Assembly: GCA_017601145.1 (NCBI GenBank)
Contig: JAFNIV010000002.1
Span: forward strand, 23,926-87,925
Source of the DNA: Candidatus Brockarchaeota archaeon
Lineage (GTDB): Archaea > Thermoproteota > EX4484-205 > JAAOZO01
Length of the DNA: 64,000 nucleotides
Direction of reading: 5' to 3'
Part shown: in pieces, positions 47,874 through 57,929 of the stretch
How positions within the stretch are numbered: position 1 is the first letter of the stretch
Layout of the letters: each line of letters opens with the position of its first letter
Notes under the pieces: model-generated
What the model saw: only the letters and a program-made list of their open reading frames with translations
Database searches by the model: none
What the model was told of the DNA's origin: nothing
Made by a program: the position numbers and the translations under genes

Positions 47874-48272
47874 ATGACCATATACCATTGGGACCTGAGA
47901 AAGAAGAAAAGAACAGGTGGGAAGAAAGTACCATATAGACGAAAAAGAGCTTATGAAATGGGAAGAAATGCTATAGAAACTAAAATAATAAAGGGGGGCG
48001 ACATCGTAGAAGCAGTAAGGGTTCGTGGAGGAGGAATAAAGTTAAAGCTAAAAGCAACTGGTTTTGTTAACGTATCGACTAATGATGGAAAAACGCAGAG
48101 AACTGAAATACGAGGTCTTGTAACCAACCCATCCAATATGCTTTATGCCAGACGTGGTATAATAACAAAGGGTGCAATAATAAAGACTCCTTTGGGAAAT
48201 GTTAAAGTAACTTCTAAGCCTTCAGTCTCTGGTACTTTAAATGGAGTTTTGGTTTCTTCTCAAGAGACATGA
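47874..48272 (+). CDS. rps8e: 30S ribosomal protein S8e
   Basis: 132 aa; the basic N-terminus and overall pattern fit the S8e family. Confidence 0.75.
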   Translation: MTIYHWDLRKKKRTGGKKVPYRRKRAYEMGRNAIETKIIKGGDIVEAVRVRGGGIKLKLKATGFVNVSTNDGKTQRTEIRGLVTNPSNMLYARRGIITKGAIIKTPLGNVKVTSKPSVSGTLNGVLVSSQET

Positions 48273-48574
48273 AAAGAATTTCAAAAGAAAAGTATTTTGT
48301 TCTCTACCCACATTATTTCGATAGAAAAGCACCAAGGAGCTTAGGTAGAAGAGTGCCATATAACCTTGCAACTGATTTCCCAAGTAAAGATCGAGTTGTT
48401 TCTGTTCTAAAAAGTTTAAATTTAAAGTTTGAGATTCAAGATAATGTTGCTTATCCTAGAGTGCCTACTAAGAAAAGTTTTAGAGTCATCGTTTTTTCCT
48501 CGGGAAGAAAGCAACAAACAATAAAGTTGATATCTAGTAAGTTAAAAGAATTTTCTAGAGACAATAAAACATAA
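48269..48574 (+). CDS. srp19: signal recognition particle protein SRP19
   Basis: 101 aa; YPHYFDRKAPRSLGRRVP matches the SRP19 RNA-binding N-terminus; ATGA overlap with rps8e. Confidence 0.65.
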   Translation: MKRISKEKYFVLYPHYFDRKAPRSLGRRVPYNLATDFPSKDRVVSVLKSLNLKFEIQDNVAYPRVPTKKSFRVIVFSSGRKQQTIKLISSKLKEFSRDNKT

Positions 48575-48616
48575 ATATTCCTTATACTAATAAACCAGAT
48601 TTTGTGACAAAAAGGT

Positions 48617-48865
48617 TTGGGTTTTTCTCATGTTACTAAAGTAGGTGCAATAAGAAAAAAATTAAAAGGAAATAAGGTTCTTGTAGCTATAGAAAAAGAG
48701 TTAAATTTGAACGAAAAACTTTATGACGCTAACGGAAAACCAATTGGTATTGTAAAGGATATAATAGGAAAAATAAGTTCACCTTTTGCAGTAGTCTTTT
48801 TACTAGTTCCTTCAGATCAGGTAACGTTAGAAGCTGCCGTATTCAGGAAAATGAGCAAGAAATGA
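48617..48865 (+). CDS. gar1: H/ACA ribonucleoprotein subunit Gar1-like
   Basis: 82 aa; GKPIGIVKDIIGKISSPFAVV matches the Gar1 beta-barrel core; TTG start. Confidence 0.55.
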   Translation: MGFSHVTKVGAIRKKLKGNKVLVAIEKELNLNEKLYDANGKPIGIVKDIIGKISSPFAVVFLLVPSDQVTLEAAVFRKMSKK

Positions 48866-49764
48866 GCTCAGAACATTTTACTTGTCCGCAATGTGGCTCA
48901 AATGAAATCGTATTTGTTGAAGTTACTGGCGAATACGTTTGTAAACGATGTGGTTATGTGGTTTACCAAGCTAACCTTGATAGGTCTCAAGAGTGGCGTG
49001 TATTTAACGAAGAAAAAGCAGAAGAATTAAATAGGTCTGGTCCTCCTCACTACTTAGATAATGACTTTTCTACAAAAATACGTACTACAAAATCAACGGA
49101 AGGAAATAAAATAGACCCTTCTAAGTATCTGAGACTTTCAAAATGGCAAAATAGGATTTCTAACCCCTATTCTGCAGCAGTTTTAAAAAAGGCAATAAAC
49201 TTCATTTCAGATGTAAACAGCAGGGTAAACTGCCCTAAGCCAATAGTTGAGAAGACAATTGAACTTTACAAGTATGTGCACAAAAATAAATTAGTAAAAG
49301 GACGTCAATTTGAAGTTGAAGTCTTAGCTTCTTTTTATTTAACTTGCAAAATGATGAATCAACCAAGAAGTCTAGAAGAGCTTTCCACTGCTTCTGGGGT
49401 TAAAAAATCAGAACTAGCAAAAGCTTATAGGGAGTTAAGTTGGAAACTTAACGTTAAGCTTAAAGCCACTGATGAGCTTGAGCTTTTCCTACTTAGGTTA
49501 ATGAATAAATTAAAGTTATCTGGAAAAACTGAGAAATTAGCTGTGTCGTATCTCAATCTAGCCAAGGAAAATAAACTTACTTCAGGTAGATCCCCAATAA
49601 GTCTTGCAGCTGCTTGCATTTACTTAGCATTACTAAACTCTGGTCTTCCTATTACTCAGAAAGAAGTTGCTCGAGTTTCTGGAATTACAGAAGTTACGTT
49701 AAGAAACAGATGTAAAGAGCTTGTTGAAGTTGCTAAGCTAAGAGGTTTAAATTTACGTTTTTAG
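48862..49764 (+). CDS. tfb: transcription initiation factor IIB
   Basis: 300 aa; N-terminal zinc ribbon CPQCGS...CKRCG, B-finger region and two cyclin-fold repeats; ATGA overlap with gar1. Confidence 0.9.
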   Translation: MSSEHFTCPQCGSNEIVFVEVTGEYVCKRCGYVVYQANLDRSQEWRVFNEEKAEELNRSGPPHYLDNDFSTKIRTTKSTEGNKIDPSKYLRLSKWQNRISNPYSAAVLKKAINFISDVNSRVNCPKPIVEKTIELYKYVHKNKLVKGRQFEVEVLASFYLTCKMMNQPRSLEELSTASGVKKSELAKAYRELSWKLNVKLKATDELELFLLRLMNKLKLSGKTEKLAVSYLNLAKENKLTSGRSPISLAAACIYLALLNSGLPITQKEVARVSGITEVTLRNRCKELVEVAKLRGLNLRF

Positions 49765-49842
49765 TTGTTTTCTTTATTTGAAGTTATAAACTAAATACAG
49801 GAAAAGAATAACATTAATAAACTGTTTGTTTAAAAGGAAAGG

Positions 49843-50226
49843 TTGGCTTTGGCTTCGCGAGCAACTTCTAGGTTTATAACAAAAAGAAGTACGCTAGAAA
49901 GAAGCGCCCTTGACATTGTTATGAGGGCTGGAGACAATGGAATACTACAAACAGAACTCTGGAAAAAAATTGGCGTTAGTAGTAGGGAAGGGTCAAGAAT
50001 ATGCGTGAGGCTAGAAAAGTGGGGGTTAATTAGAAGAGAAAAATTTTTACATGAAGGAAGATGGACTTATAAGATTTTTTCAACAAAGCCTCCAATAAAA
50101 TTAGATTCTATAATTGGCGCGCCTTGCTTAACATGTCCATATTACTCTAAGTGTGCTCCTGGAAATGAGATATCCCCTGAAAAGTGCACTTGGCTTGAAG
50201 AGTGGGTACTAACTTCTGAGGTATAA
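49843..50226 (+). CDS. winged-helix protein with C-terminal 4-Cys motif (TFE-beta-like?)
   Basis: 127 aa (TTG start); wH-like core LQTELWKKIGVSSREGSRICVRLEKWGLI and CLTCPYYSKCAPGNEISPEKC. Confidence 0.35.
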   Translation: MALASRATSRFITKRSTLERSALDIVMRAGDNGILQTELWKKIGVSSREGSRICVRLEKWGLIRREKFLHEGRWTYKIFSTKPPIKLDSIIGAPCLTCPYYSKCAPGNEISPEKCTWLEEWVLTSEV

Positions 50227-50232
50227 GTTAAC

Positions 50233-50871
50233 TTGGTTAAATCAAAGAGAAGGTGGTTGCTCGAAAGAAAAAAGGACGTTTTCTTTAGACGAGCAAAGGA
50301 ATTAGGGTATGAGAGTAGAGCTGTATTTAAGCTTAAGTATATTAATAGTATGTTTAACATTCTTAAGAATGGTAGTGCCGTAATAGAACTTGGGTGTAGT
50401 CCTGGTGGATGGAGCCTCTACATACTAGAAAAAATTGGCAAATCTGGTAAGTTGTATGCAGTTGATAAAGTTCCACTACCGATTAAACATAGTTATCCAC
50501 AAATTGAGTTTATACAGGTTGATATTTTGCAAAGCAATTTTCTAGATATACTTTCAACGAAAATAAGTTCGAATTTAGTAGACGTTATTCTTTCAGACTT
50601 AGCACCAAATATGACTGGAAAGTATGAATTAGACTACTATAGGCAAATTGCTCTGGTAAAAGTTGTGCTAGCAACAATTGAAAAGTTTCTAAAACCTGGA
50701 GGCTCGGCTGTAGTAAAGATTTTTGAGGGCCCAGAGTCCCAAAATTTTAAAAAGCTGTTGCTATCAAAATTCAAGTTTGTTCATAGCATAAAACCTCCTG
50801 CTTCTAGGAAACATAGTTCTGAATTTTACTTAGTTGGACTAGGGTATTCTGGCAAAACGCTATTAACTTAA
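50233..50871 (+). CDS. rlmE: 23S rRNA (uridine-2'-O)-methyltransferase RlmE/FtsJ
   Basis: SRAVFKL and DLGCSPGGWS SAM-binding motifs, and DLAPNMTG. Confidence 0.85.
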   Translation: MVKSKRRWLLERKKDVFFRRAKELGYESRAVFKLKYINSMFNILKNGSAVIELGCSPGGWSLYILEKIGKSGKLYAVDKVPLPIKHSYPQIEFIQVDILQSNFLDILSTKISSNLVDVILSDLAPNMTGKYELDYYRQIALVKVVLATIEKFLKPGGSAVVKIFEGPESQNFKKLLLSKFKFVHSIKPPASRKHSSEFYLVGLGYSGKTLLT

Positions 50872-52044
50872 CTCGCTATAAATCTTAATAAATTCAGAGT
50901 TTGGCATATTTGTTTTTATTCCTTTAGGATCATACAATGTTCTTGTTGCTACATATCCCTTTTCTTTTATTTTGTTAATAAGTTTTTGTACTTTCCTTGA
51001 GCTAACATTAAGTGATTTTGAAATTAAGTCAGTGTCGTAATATCCAACAATTTCACTATTTTCATTCGCTATTTTAAGAATCATATCTACTGATTCTTGA
51101 GAAAGTTCAAAAGAATTGTTATACATACTTTTTACAAGTTCATTATCAATATATTTTGATAACCATATTGGTCCAATAATTTGGTGATTTTCACCTTTTT
51201 CCCAATTATTTTTTATCACATCTTCCATTTTAATAGTCTCCCAACTATTCTCTTTTGTATTGTACAATACAAAACCCAAGTTTGATATAGATTCTTTGGC
51301 ATATTTTTTTCCTCTTAGAACTTTAACATAAACTCTTATGTAGTGTTTTTCACTGTAAGCTAACTCTGGTACTATTCCTATTTCTTGTTTGGTTGCTGTT
51401 AGTGCGATGCTTGCTATAAGTGCTCTAATGCCAAATTCTTTGTTAAACTGTATTCTACTGGCTATTACTCCATATTTCAAGAAAGTTTTTATAGAATTGT
51501 TCCCTAATAAAGTTGCGGTATCTGTTGCTGTTATTCCAACGTGCCCCTCATGTTTCACGGACAATAATGCGCTTTCAATGAATTCTGCAGGTGAACCAAA
51601 TGGATCTAAGTCTAAATAATCAAATCTATCCTTTGGAGCAGAATGCATCAAAGAAAACATTCTTGCATCTACGCAAAAAGTTTTTACTTTATTTCTTACT
51701 CCATTTATATTTAAATTTTTTTCTGCTAGTTCTATCGCTTTTTTATTTATATCATTTATTTCACATATAAGTTTGGTATTGGTCTCTAAAATTGCTCTAA
51801 TGCACCGTACTCCTACTCCTGTCATCATCTCACCATATCTTAATTCCTTTGTTGTTCTTTGTAACGTTGTTCTTAGAAACGCTATCATTATATCTCTATT
51901 CGTTTTCATTATAGGGTTGAAAAAAACAGGAGTTAAAGCTGGTACATAACTTCCCTTCACTCTGTAGCTTTCTAGCCTATAAACCAAAAGTTTCGCTTTT
52001 CCTTCAACTACCTCTTCGTATTTTTCTGTAGTTTCTTCGCTCAA
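50863..52044 (-). CDS. trm1: tRNA (guanine26-N2)-dimethyltransferase Trm1
   Basis: 393 aa; FFNPIMKTNRD and MTGVGVRCIR motifs of the Trm1 family. Confidence 0.8.
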   Translation of the reverse strand: MSEETTEKYEEVVEGKAKLLVYRLESYRVKGSYVPALTPVFFNPIMKTNRDIMIAFLRTTLQRTTKELRYGEMMTGVGVRCIRAILETNTKLICEINDINKKAIELAEKNLNINGVRNKVKTFCVDARMFSLMHSAPKDRFDYLDLDPFGSPAEFIESALLSVKHEGHVGITATDTATLLGNNSIKTFLKYGVIASRIQFNKEFGIRALIASIALTATKQEIGIVPELAYSEKHYIRVYVKVLRGKKYAKESISNLGFVLYNTKENSWETIKMEDVIKNNWEKGENHQIIGPIWLSKYIDNELVKSMYNNSFELSQESVDMILKIANENSEIVGYYDTDLISKSLNVSSRKVQKLINKIKEKGYVATRTLYDPKGIKTNMPNSEFIKIYSELS

Positions 52045-52192
52045 CTTATTTTTTGTTTTATTTCTTGATTTATTAAATTTTTATAGCCGTTATGTAATCT
52101 TATTTAATTCTCTGACGAAGTATGCGTTCATCAAAAACAAGAAACGTTTAAAAATTCCTTTCAAACTTTATAGCCATAATGGTGTTAATACA

Positions 52193-53518
52193 ATGAAGTA
52201 TGACGTTATAATAGTAGGAGCTGGTCCGGCTGGTACCATGGCTGCTATAAATACTGCCAAGTCTGGGCTTTCAACCCTACTTATTGATAAAGAACCAAAA
52301 GACAAAGTTGGTGATAAAGTTTGTGGTAATGCTGTTTCTTTACAGCATTTAAAAGAGATTGGCTTAAATCCTCCTAGTGAGACTACATATGGAACTATTG
52401 ACTCCATAGAGATAATCTCGCCAGATTTAAAAAACAAGTATCGTTTTTCTGCAGAAAATGCTGGCATTGAAATTGATAGGTTAAAGTTTGGTCAATACCT
52501 ACTAAAACTTGCATTAGATAATGGTGCGAACTTCATAGAAAGCGTAGCGATTACTTCGCCAATAATCGAAAATAATATGGTAGTGGGAGTTTCTGGTGTT
52601 AACTTAAAGGATTCTTCAAAAGTTGAATTTAAAGGAAGTGTCGTTGTTGATGCTTCTGGTGCTGCTGGAGTTTTAAGAAAAAAGTTACACGACTACGTAG
52701 ATGATACTCTAGATGATGATGAAACTATGGTGGCTTTTAGAGAAATTAGAACCACAAGAAATCAAGATAAAATTTTTAAAATTTTCATAAACCAACAATT
52801 TTCTCCTGGTGGGTATTTTTGGTATGTGCCAATGGGTGAAAACCTTGCCAACATTGGCATAGGTGTCAGAAAGAATTCCATAGACCCAAAATTTGGGTAC
52901 AGGGAATTTTTAAAATTTCTTCCAAACCTGAAGGACTCAAAAGTTGTTCATTCTGGTTCTGGAATTGTACCAGTGAGAAGGCCTATGGCTCCAGCAGTAT
53001 GGAATGGTATTCTTTTTATTGGGGATAGCGGATTCACTGTTGATCCAATAACTGGAGGCGGAATAGGCTCATCACTTGAAGCTGGAAAAATAGCAGCAGA
53101 GTCGATAGTTAAAGCTCATGAAAGAGGCTCTTTTCTTCAAGATTCCTTATGGGATTTTAGTTTAAGATATAATAAAAAGATAGGTCATAAGTACGCTTCT
53201 CTGGATGTAATGAGAATCGCATTACAAGCAAGAACTAATGAGGAAATAAACTTTATCATGCGTTCTGGGATTGTTTCACAAGATGACCTATTAAAAGTAA
53301 CAAGTGGGGAAGAACTAAAGTTAAATTTCATAGATGCTTTCGTGAGAGCTATTGCTGGTATGCGGCACTTTAGTTTGTTGCTTCTATTACTTAGACTCGT
53401 AAAGCTTTCAAATGAAGCTAAAACTCTTTACTATAACTTTCCTACTTTTAGTGAGTTTAAAGCATGGAAAGAAAAGGACCTAAGACTCCATAAAGCAGCT
53501 CATAGTCAACTAGCTTAG
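52193..53518 (+). CDS. geranylgeranyl reductase-family FAD-dependent oxidoreductase
   Basis: YDVIIVGAGPAGTMAA dinucleotide-binding motif and PITGGGI block typical of GGR. Confidence 0.8.
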   Translation: MKYDVIIVGAGPAGTMAAINTAKSGLSTLLIDKEPKDKVGDKVCGNAVSLQHLKEIGLNPPSETTYGTIDSIEIISPDLKNKYRFSAENAGIEIDRLKFGQYLLKLALDNGANFIESVAITSPIIENNMVVGVSGVNLKDSSKVEFKGSVVVDASGAAGVLRKKLHDYVDDTLDDDETMVAFREIRTTRNQDKIFKIFINQQFSPGGYFWYVPMGENLANIGIGVRKNSIDPKFGYREFLKFLPNLKDSKVVHSGSGIVPVRRPMAPAVWNGILFIGDSGFTVDPITGGGIGSSLEAGKIAAESIVKAHERGSFLQDSLWDFSLRYNKKIGHKYASLDVMRIALQARTNEEINFIMRSGIVSQDDLLKVTSGEELKLNFIDAFVRAIAGMRHFSLLLLLLRLVKLSNEAKTLYYNFPTFSEFKAWKEKDLRLHKAAHSQLA

Positions 53519-53629
53519 ATAAATATTATCCTTTATAAAATATATTTCTTTTTATCAACTTTAATTTAATGCATTGAAAGTAGTTACGAAAACCTAATAA
53601 ATAGCCTAAAGTAAAAATTGACGAGGAAA

Positions 53630-54757
53630 ATGACTCCACGTACTTCAAGAAAAAAAGTAAAGAAAGTTTCAAAAGTTGTTCTTGGAGAGAAAACAAGAAA
53701 GGAAATCTTTGAAAGTCCCGAAGCCATAAAGAATACTTTTCAGTCGCAGCAAGACAACATTATCTCAATCTCAAAAGCTATTGTTGAAAGAAAGCCTTCA
53801 AGAGTCTTCCTTCTAGGTAGTGGAACTTCTTATCACGCTGGAGTTGTGGGTGCTTATGTACTAAATAAGCTTACAAATATCTTAGCAGTTCCAGTTCAAG
53901 CTTCTGAATTTGTTGAATTTGTTGGAAACTCTATAAGTAAAAATGATGTTGTTGTGACTTATTCGCAATCAGGAGAATCTACAGATACTCTTGTAGCTCT
54001 TAGGTATGCGAAGTCTAAAGGTGCCTTGATAATAGGAATAACTAATACCCCTGGAAGTAGCTTAACAGTAGAGTCAAACTACTCGATAGTAACAATGGCT
54101 GGTGTAGAAGAAAGTGTAGTTGCTACTAAAACATTTCAAGCCCAATTAGCAGTGACTTTTCTTCTTGCTGTAAGTATTGCAAGAGAACTTGGTTCTATTG
54201 GTGAGGCTGATTATAATGCAATAGTCAACGAGCTTACCAATACTCCAAACGTTTTAGCATCGGAGCTTCCTAATTGGGAAAAGAAAACAAAGGAAGTAGC
54301 ATTAAAGTTCAAAAATATTCATGATGTGTTTGTTTTAGGTTTTGGAGAAGGTTATGCTCTTGCGCTTGAGGCTGGTCTAAAACTAAAGGAAGCTTCACTA
54401 ACTCACTCAGAAACTTTCTCTGTAGCCGAATTTCGTCATGGTCCAATGTCATTAGTTACAAAAGGTGTAGGTGTACTAATGGTAACTCCATCTTCACAAG
54501 AAAGGCTTGAATTTGCTGAAAAACTAGCAAAAGAATTAAAGGAAAAGAAGGCTACAATGGTTTCAATTTCTCAAGAAAACTTAGGTTTCAAGAGTAAAGT
54601 TTCAGACTTTGAACTAAAGTTTCCAAAGATAAACCCATTCTTAGCTCCAATTTATCAAGTAGCAATAGTACAACTTTTAGCATATAACTTAGCACTTGCT
54701 AGAAAGATAAATCCTGATAGCCCAAGACATTTAACAAAAGTTGTTAAATTAGGATGA
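53630..54757 (+). CDS. SIS-domain sugar isomerase (GlmS C-terminal-like, two SIS domains)
   Basis: Tandem SIS motifs (LLGSGTSYHAG; VFVLGFGEGYALALEAGLKLKE); the ORF-track start at 53618 is TTG, and ATG at 53630 is preferred. Confidence 0.7.
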   Translation: MTPRTSRKKVKKVSKVVLGEKTRKEIFESPEAIKNTFQSQQDNIISISKAIVERKPSRVFLLGSGTSYHAGVVGAYVLNKLTNILAVPVQASEFVEFVGNSISKNDVVVTYSQSGESTDTLVALRYAKSKGALIIGITNTPGSSLTVESNYSIVTMAGVEESVVATKTFQAQLAVTFLLAVSIARELGSIGEADYNAIVNELTNTPNVLASELPNWEKKTKEVALKFKNIHDVFVLGFGEGYALALEAGLKLKEASLTHSETFSVAEFRHGPMSLVTKGVGVLMVTPSSQERLEFAEKLAKELKEKKATMVSISQENLGFKSKVSDFELKFPKINPFLAPIYQVAIVQLLAYNLALARKINPDSPRHLTKVVKLG

Positions 54758-54763
54758 TCTAAA

Positions 54764-56047
54764 ATGAAAGTAGCAATCTTTGAGGATGATTTAACTTTTA
54801 ATTTCTTTCCAATCACTTTAACGCGTCCTTCTTTCTTCTTAAAATTAGGTGTGTTACGTTTCTATGATAGAGTTAAAATAGAATCTAAAACCGAGCCTAT
54901 ACTATTCACAAGAGACTTCATAGGTAACTATCTAAAAAGCAAGTACAACTTTCGTGTAAATGACACTAGTTCAGTTGACGATGAAACATTGTTCATAAAT
55001 GGCCTAGTTTTAGTTAAAAAAGAAAGCTACAAGATACTTTCCAACTTAGAACCCAATACTGCGCTCAGCAAGAATGGAAGATTAGTTGCTGTAAAGTTTA
55101 AGTCATCTGCTGCAAAACAAGCTGCAGAATTACTAATAAATGCACCAGATCTTTCGAAAGAAAAGCAAATTCTTTCATTAGCAGAAAAAAATCTAGAGCC
55201 TAAAGATGTTCAATTAATTGAAAATTATTGGGAAATAATAGAAGAGAACACTCATCAAATAGCAGAAGACTTCCCAAAGCTTCCTAAAAAAGGTGGTTCA
55301 AAGCTTTCTAATAAAGTGACAGTAGTTGGGAAAAAGACTCAAGTATTTGTTGGGAAAAATTCCGAAATTGGTCCAAATGTTGTTTTAGATGCAAGTTCTG
55401 GTCCTATATATATAGGAAATAACACGAAAGTGCATCCTTTTACTTGGATTCAAGGTCCTGCTTACATTGGTTCTGAAACTATAATCCACCCTGGTTCTGT
55501 AATAAGAGAAGGCTCAAACATTGGAGATGTTTGTAGAATTGGAGGAGAAGTAGAAGAAAGCATAGTTCAAGGGTTCTCTAACAAACCTCACGCAGGATTC
55601 CTTGGTCATGCATATGTTGGAGAGTGGGTTAACTTAGGTGCCCTATTTACAAATTCAGACCTAAAAAATACTTATGGAAGTGTAAAAGTAGTGATAAGAG
55701 GGAAAAAAGTTGATTCTGGAACTACAAAGCTTGGAGGAATGGTTGGTGATCATGCTAAAGCTTCGATAGGGTCGTTACTATACACAGGTAAAAAAGTAGG
55801 CGTCGCTTCTCAGATTCATGGCGTTGTAGAGGAAGATGTACCCTCATTCCTCTACTATGCAAAGACTTTGGGGAATCCTTTATGGGAAATAATGTTAGAA
55901 GCTGCGATAGAAACCGCGAAAAGAGTAATGGCGAGAAGAAAGGTAGATTTTACAGAAGCGGACAAAACATTACTAACTAAAGTTTTTGAGTTAACGCAAC
56001 CTGAAAGAGATGCTCTTAATCCAAGAAAAGGTCCATTTTCCTTTTAA
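54764..56047 (+). CDS. nucleotidyltransferase-like / left-handed beta-helix (LbH) acyltransferase-family protein
   Basis: Degenerate NTP-transferase N-terminus followed by hexapeptide repeats (IGPNVVLDASSG...IGNNTKVHP...IGSETIIHPGSVI). Confidence 0.55.
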   Translation: MKVAIFEDDLTFNFFPITLTRPSFFLKLGVLRFYDRVKIESKTEPILFTRDFIGNYLKSKYNFRVNDTSSVDDETLFINGLVLVKKESYKILSNLEPNTALSKNGRLVAVKFKSSAAKQAAELLINAPDLSKEKQILSLAEKNLEPKDVQLIENYWEIIEENTHQIAEDFPKLPKKGGSKLSNKVTVVGKKTQVFVGKNSEIGPNVVLDASSGPIYIGNNTKVHPFTWIQGPAYIGSETIIHPGSVIREGSNIGDVCRIGGEVEESIVQGFSNKPHAGFLGHAYVGEWVNLGALFTNSDLKNTYGSVKVVIRGKKVDSGTTKLGGMVGDHAKASIGSLLYTGKKVGVASQIHGVVEEDVPSFLYYAKTLGNPLWEIMLEAAIETAKRVMARRKVDFTEADKTLLTKVFELTQPERDALNPRKGPFSF

Positions 56048-56127
56048 GCTATATTTCTATTAAACACTTACATAATTTTTCTACATGTTATTCTTTTTTA
56101 AACCTTTCTTAGTTGGAATAGTTCAAA

Positions 56128-56586
56128 ATGCTTTCTGTAGGTTGGGAGGAAGACTTTAATGAGATACTTTTTTTACTTAGAAAAAATAAAGAGCGTTTAA
56201 AAAACTTAAGAGAGTTGACAAATTCAGGTAAAATTTCTTCTGAGACTTTTGAGTCTCTTTATAAAAAATTTGAAACAGAATTACTAGAGTCTGAGTCAAA
56301 AAGGCAAAATTTACTCGAAAAATTATTAACTCTTCAAAAAGACTTACAAAATGAATTAGAGTTGTTAGAATCTGAACTTAGAAAACTCGAAATTAAGTTA
56401 GCCTATTCCTTGATAAATGAAGATCATTTTGAGAAAGTTTCTACTGCATTTAAGTACGCTATTGAAGAAGTTTCTAGAGAATTGTCGAGTGTTAGTACAG
56501 CAGTAGAACAATTAGCCAAAGAAGCTCCAGAAGTTCAAGAACAAGCAGTAAATAAGGCATTGGAAAGGCTTGACGAAAGCTTCTAA
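56128..56586 (+). CDS. coiled-coil hypothetical protein
   Basis: 152 aa, heptad-rich. Confidence 0.4.
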   Translation: MLSVGWEEDFNEILFLLRKNKERLKNLRELTNSGKISSETFESLYKKFETELLESESKRQNLLEKLLTLQKDLQNELELLESELRKLEIKLAYSLINEDHFEKVSTAFKYAIEEVSRELSSVSTAVEQLAKEAPEVQEQAVNKALERLDESF

Positions 56587-56604
56587 GCTGTAAATAATTA
56601 GTTT

Positions 56605-56934
56605 TTAGGCTGTCTTTGGAATTGTTTCTTTAAATTCTACTTTATTTTTTGAAACTATAATTTCATACACATCATTTATCTGTGGCCTTCCTATGCTGTT
56701 GTATTCTTCCATCGTTAAGAAAAGGATTAATCGTGCATTGTATACTTTTGGAAACAATCCCGCCTGTTGTAACCCACTCATCAAGCCAAAAGCGACATCT
56801 GTTGCATATTCTCTTTCGTCAAACTGTTGACCTCGAGTAATAACTGTTGGAGTGATCGATGCCATTTCCACTCTAACTCCCGCCTTTCCTTCAACATCTG
56901 TTGAACTTATGGATACTACTTTTACTACTGCCAT
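56605..56934 (-). CDS. hypothetical protein
   Basis: 109-aa ORF with ATG start, convergent with the preceding gene. Confidence 0.4.
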   Translation of the reverse strand: MAVVKVVSISSTDVEGKAGVRVEMASITPTVITRGQQFDEREYATDVAFGLMSGLQQAGLFPKVYNARLILFLTMEEYNSIGRPQINDVYEIIVSKNKVEFKETIPKTA

Positions 56935-57129
56935 TCTTATAGTCTAACTTCCTTCTTTACTCCTTTTAAGCTTATTCTTTTTATAGTTGTACTAACTTAG
57001 AGTGAGTTTCTTATAAGTGTAACTATGGGAGCACAGCATCTTTTTATTGCTGTTATTTGAAGCTTCTTCAAAAGTACTGATTTTTCTTAGAAAAATGTTA
57101 AAAAGGCTCAACTTGCAGTCTGAGAAGTA

Positions 57130-57711
57130 ATGAATTCAGAAACAATAGAATGCGCTATCTGCAAGGATAGAATACTGAAGTCTGAGGCAGTCTTTTTTAA
57201 CGGAAAATACTATTGTTCTCATTGTTTTAGAAACTATGTAGTAGAGGCACCTCCTACTGGTAACATTTTCTTTGTTTCTTCTATAGCATGTATCATTTCT
57301 TCAATTCTCAGTTTACTTAGAGGCTTTACAGTTATTTTTTCTTACTTTGTTACGCGTTTAGTTTCCTCTACGCTTTGGAGTAAAGAAAGCATATCTTTTT
57401 TAACAAACGTATTTCTATTAATTGGAGTAGTTTCATTCATTATGAGTTTTGCTTTCTTTATTTCAGGTAAGTACTTATTCAATGCAAAGAACATCAAAGG
57501 AAGAAAATATGGTTCGATTTCTGTAAAAATAGATTTAGCCTTAATTTTTATTTTCGTTCTTCTTGTTTGGATGTTACAATCTTCTGGTATTGCGCAAAAC
57601 TCTTTTACTTTGTACTATTTGATAGCTGCCGTTCCAAATACAATTTCTGACTCTTTTCTACTCGTTGTTCTGCCAACTTTAGGCGATGTGGAATTTTCTG
57701 TAAGAAGTTAG
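57130..57711 (+). CDS. membrane protein with N-terminal zinc ribbon
   Basis: CAICKDR...(17)...CSHCF followed by four predicted TM helices. Confidence 0.45.
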   Translation: MNSETIECAICKDRILKSEAVFFNGKYYCSHCFRNYVVEAPPTGNIFFVSSIACIISSILSLLRGFTVIFSYFVTRLVSSTLWSKESISFLTNVFLLIGVVSFIMSFAFFISGKYLFNAKNIKGRKYGSISVKIDLALIFIFVLLVWMLQSSGIAQNSFTLYYLIAAVPNTISDSFLLVVLPTLGDVEFSVRS

Positions 57712-57724
57712 TATTTTTAGCATC

Positions 57725-57929
57725 TTAGCTTAAGGGTTCTGAACTACCCCTCCTTTTCCATGCAATGTTCCTCCATAAATCTTCCAAGATAGAGTTTAAG
57801 ATTCTCATATAATCCTCTATAAGCTCATTCACCTCAAGATTATGAGGTATAGAGTATGCTTTAACTAACAATCTTTTTGACTCCAAGAAGCTTCTTCGCC
57901 TCTTTGATTTTATAGAGCTTTTCTGACAT
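57725..57929 (-). pseudogene. degraded small ORF (22-aa ATG ORF followed, after a +1 shift, by a 53-aa open frame); family unknown
   Basis: Minus-strand ATG at 57929 gives MSEKLYKIKEAKKLLGVKKIVS-stop; the +1 frame continues KAYSIPHNLEVNELIEDYMRILNSILEDLWRNIAWKRRGSSEPLS to a stop at 57725. Confidence 0.25.

Noticed and set aside
52168-52467. 99-aa minus-strand ORF overlapping the start of the geranylgeranyl reductase gene
   Set aside because: Antisense to the FAD-binding N-terminus of a well-supported gene; artefact
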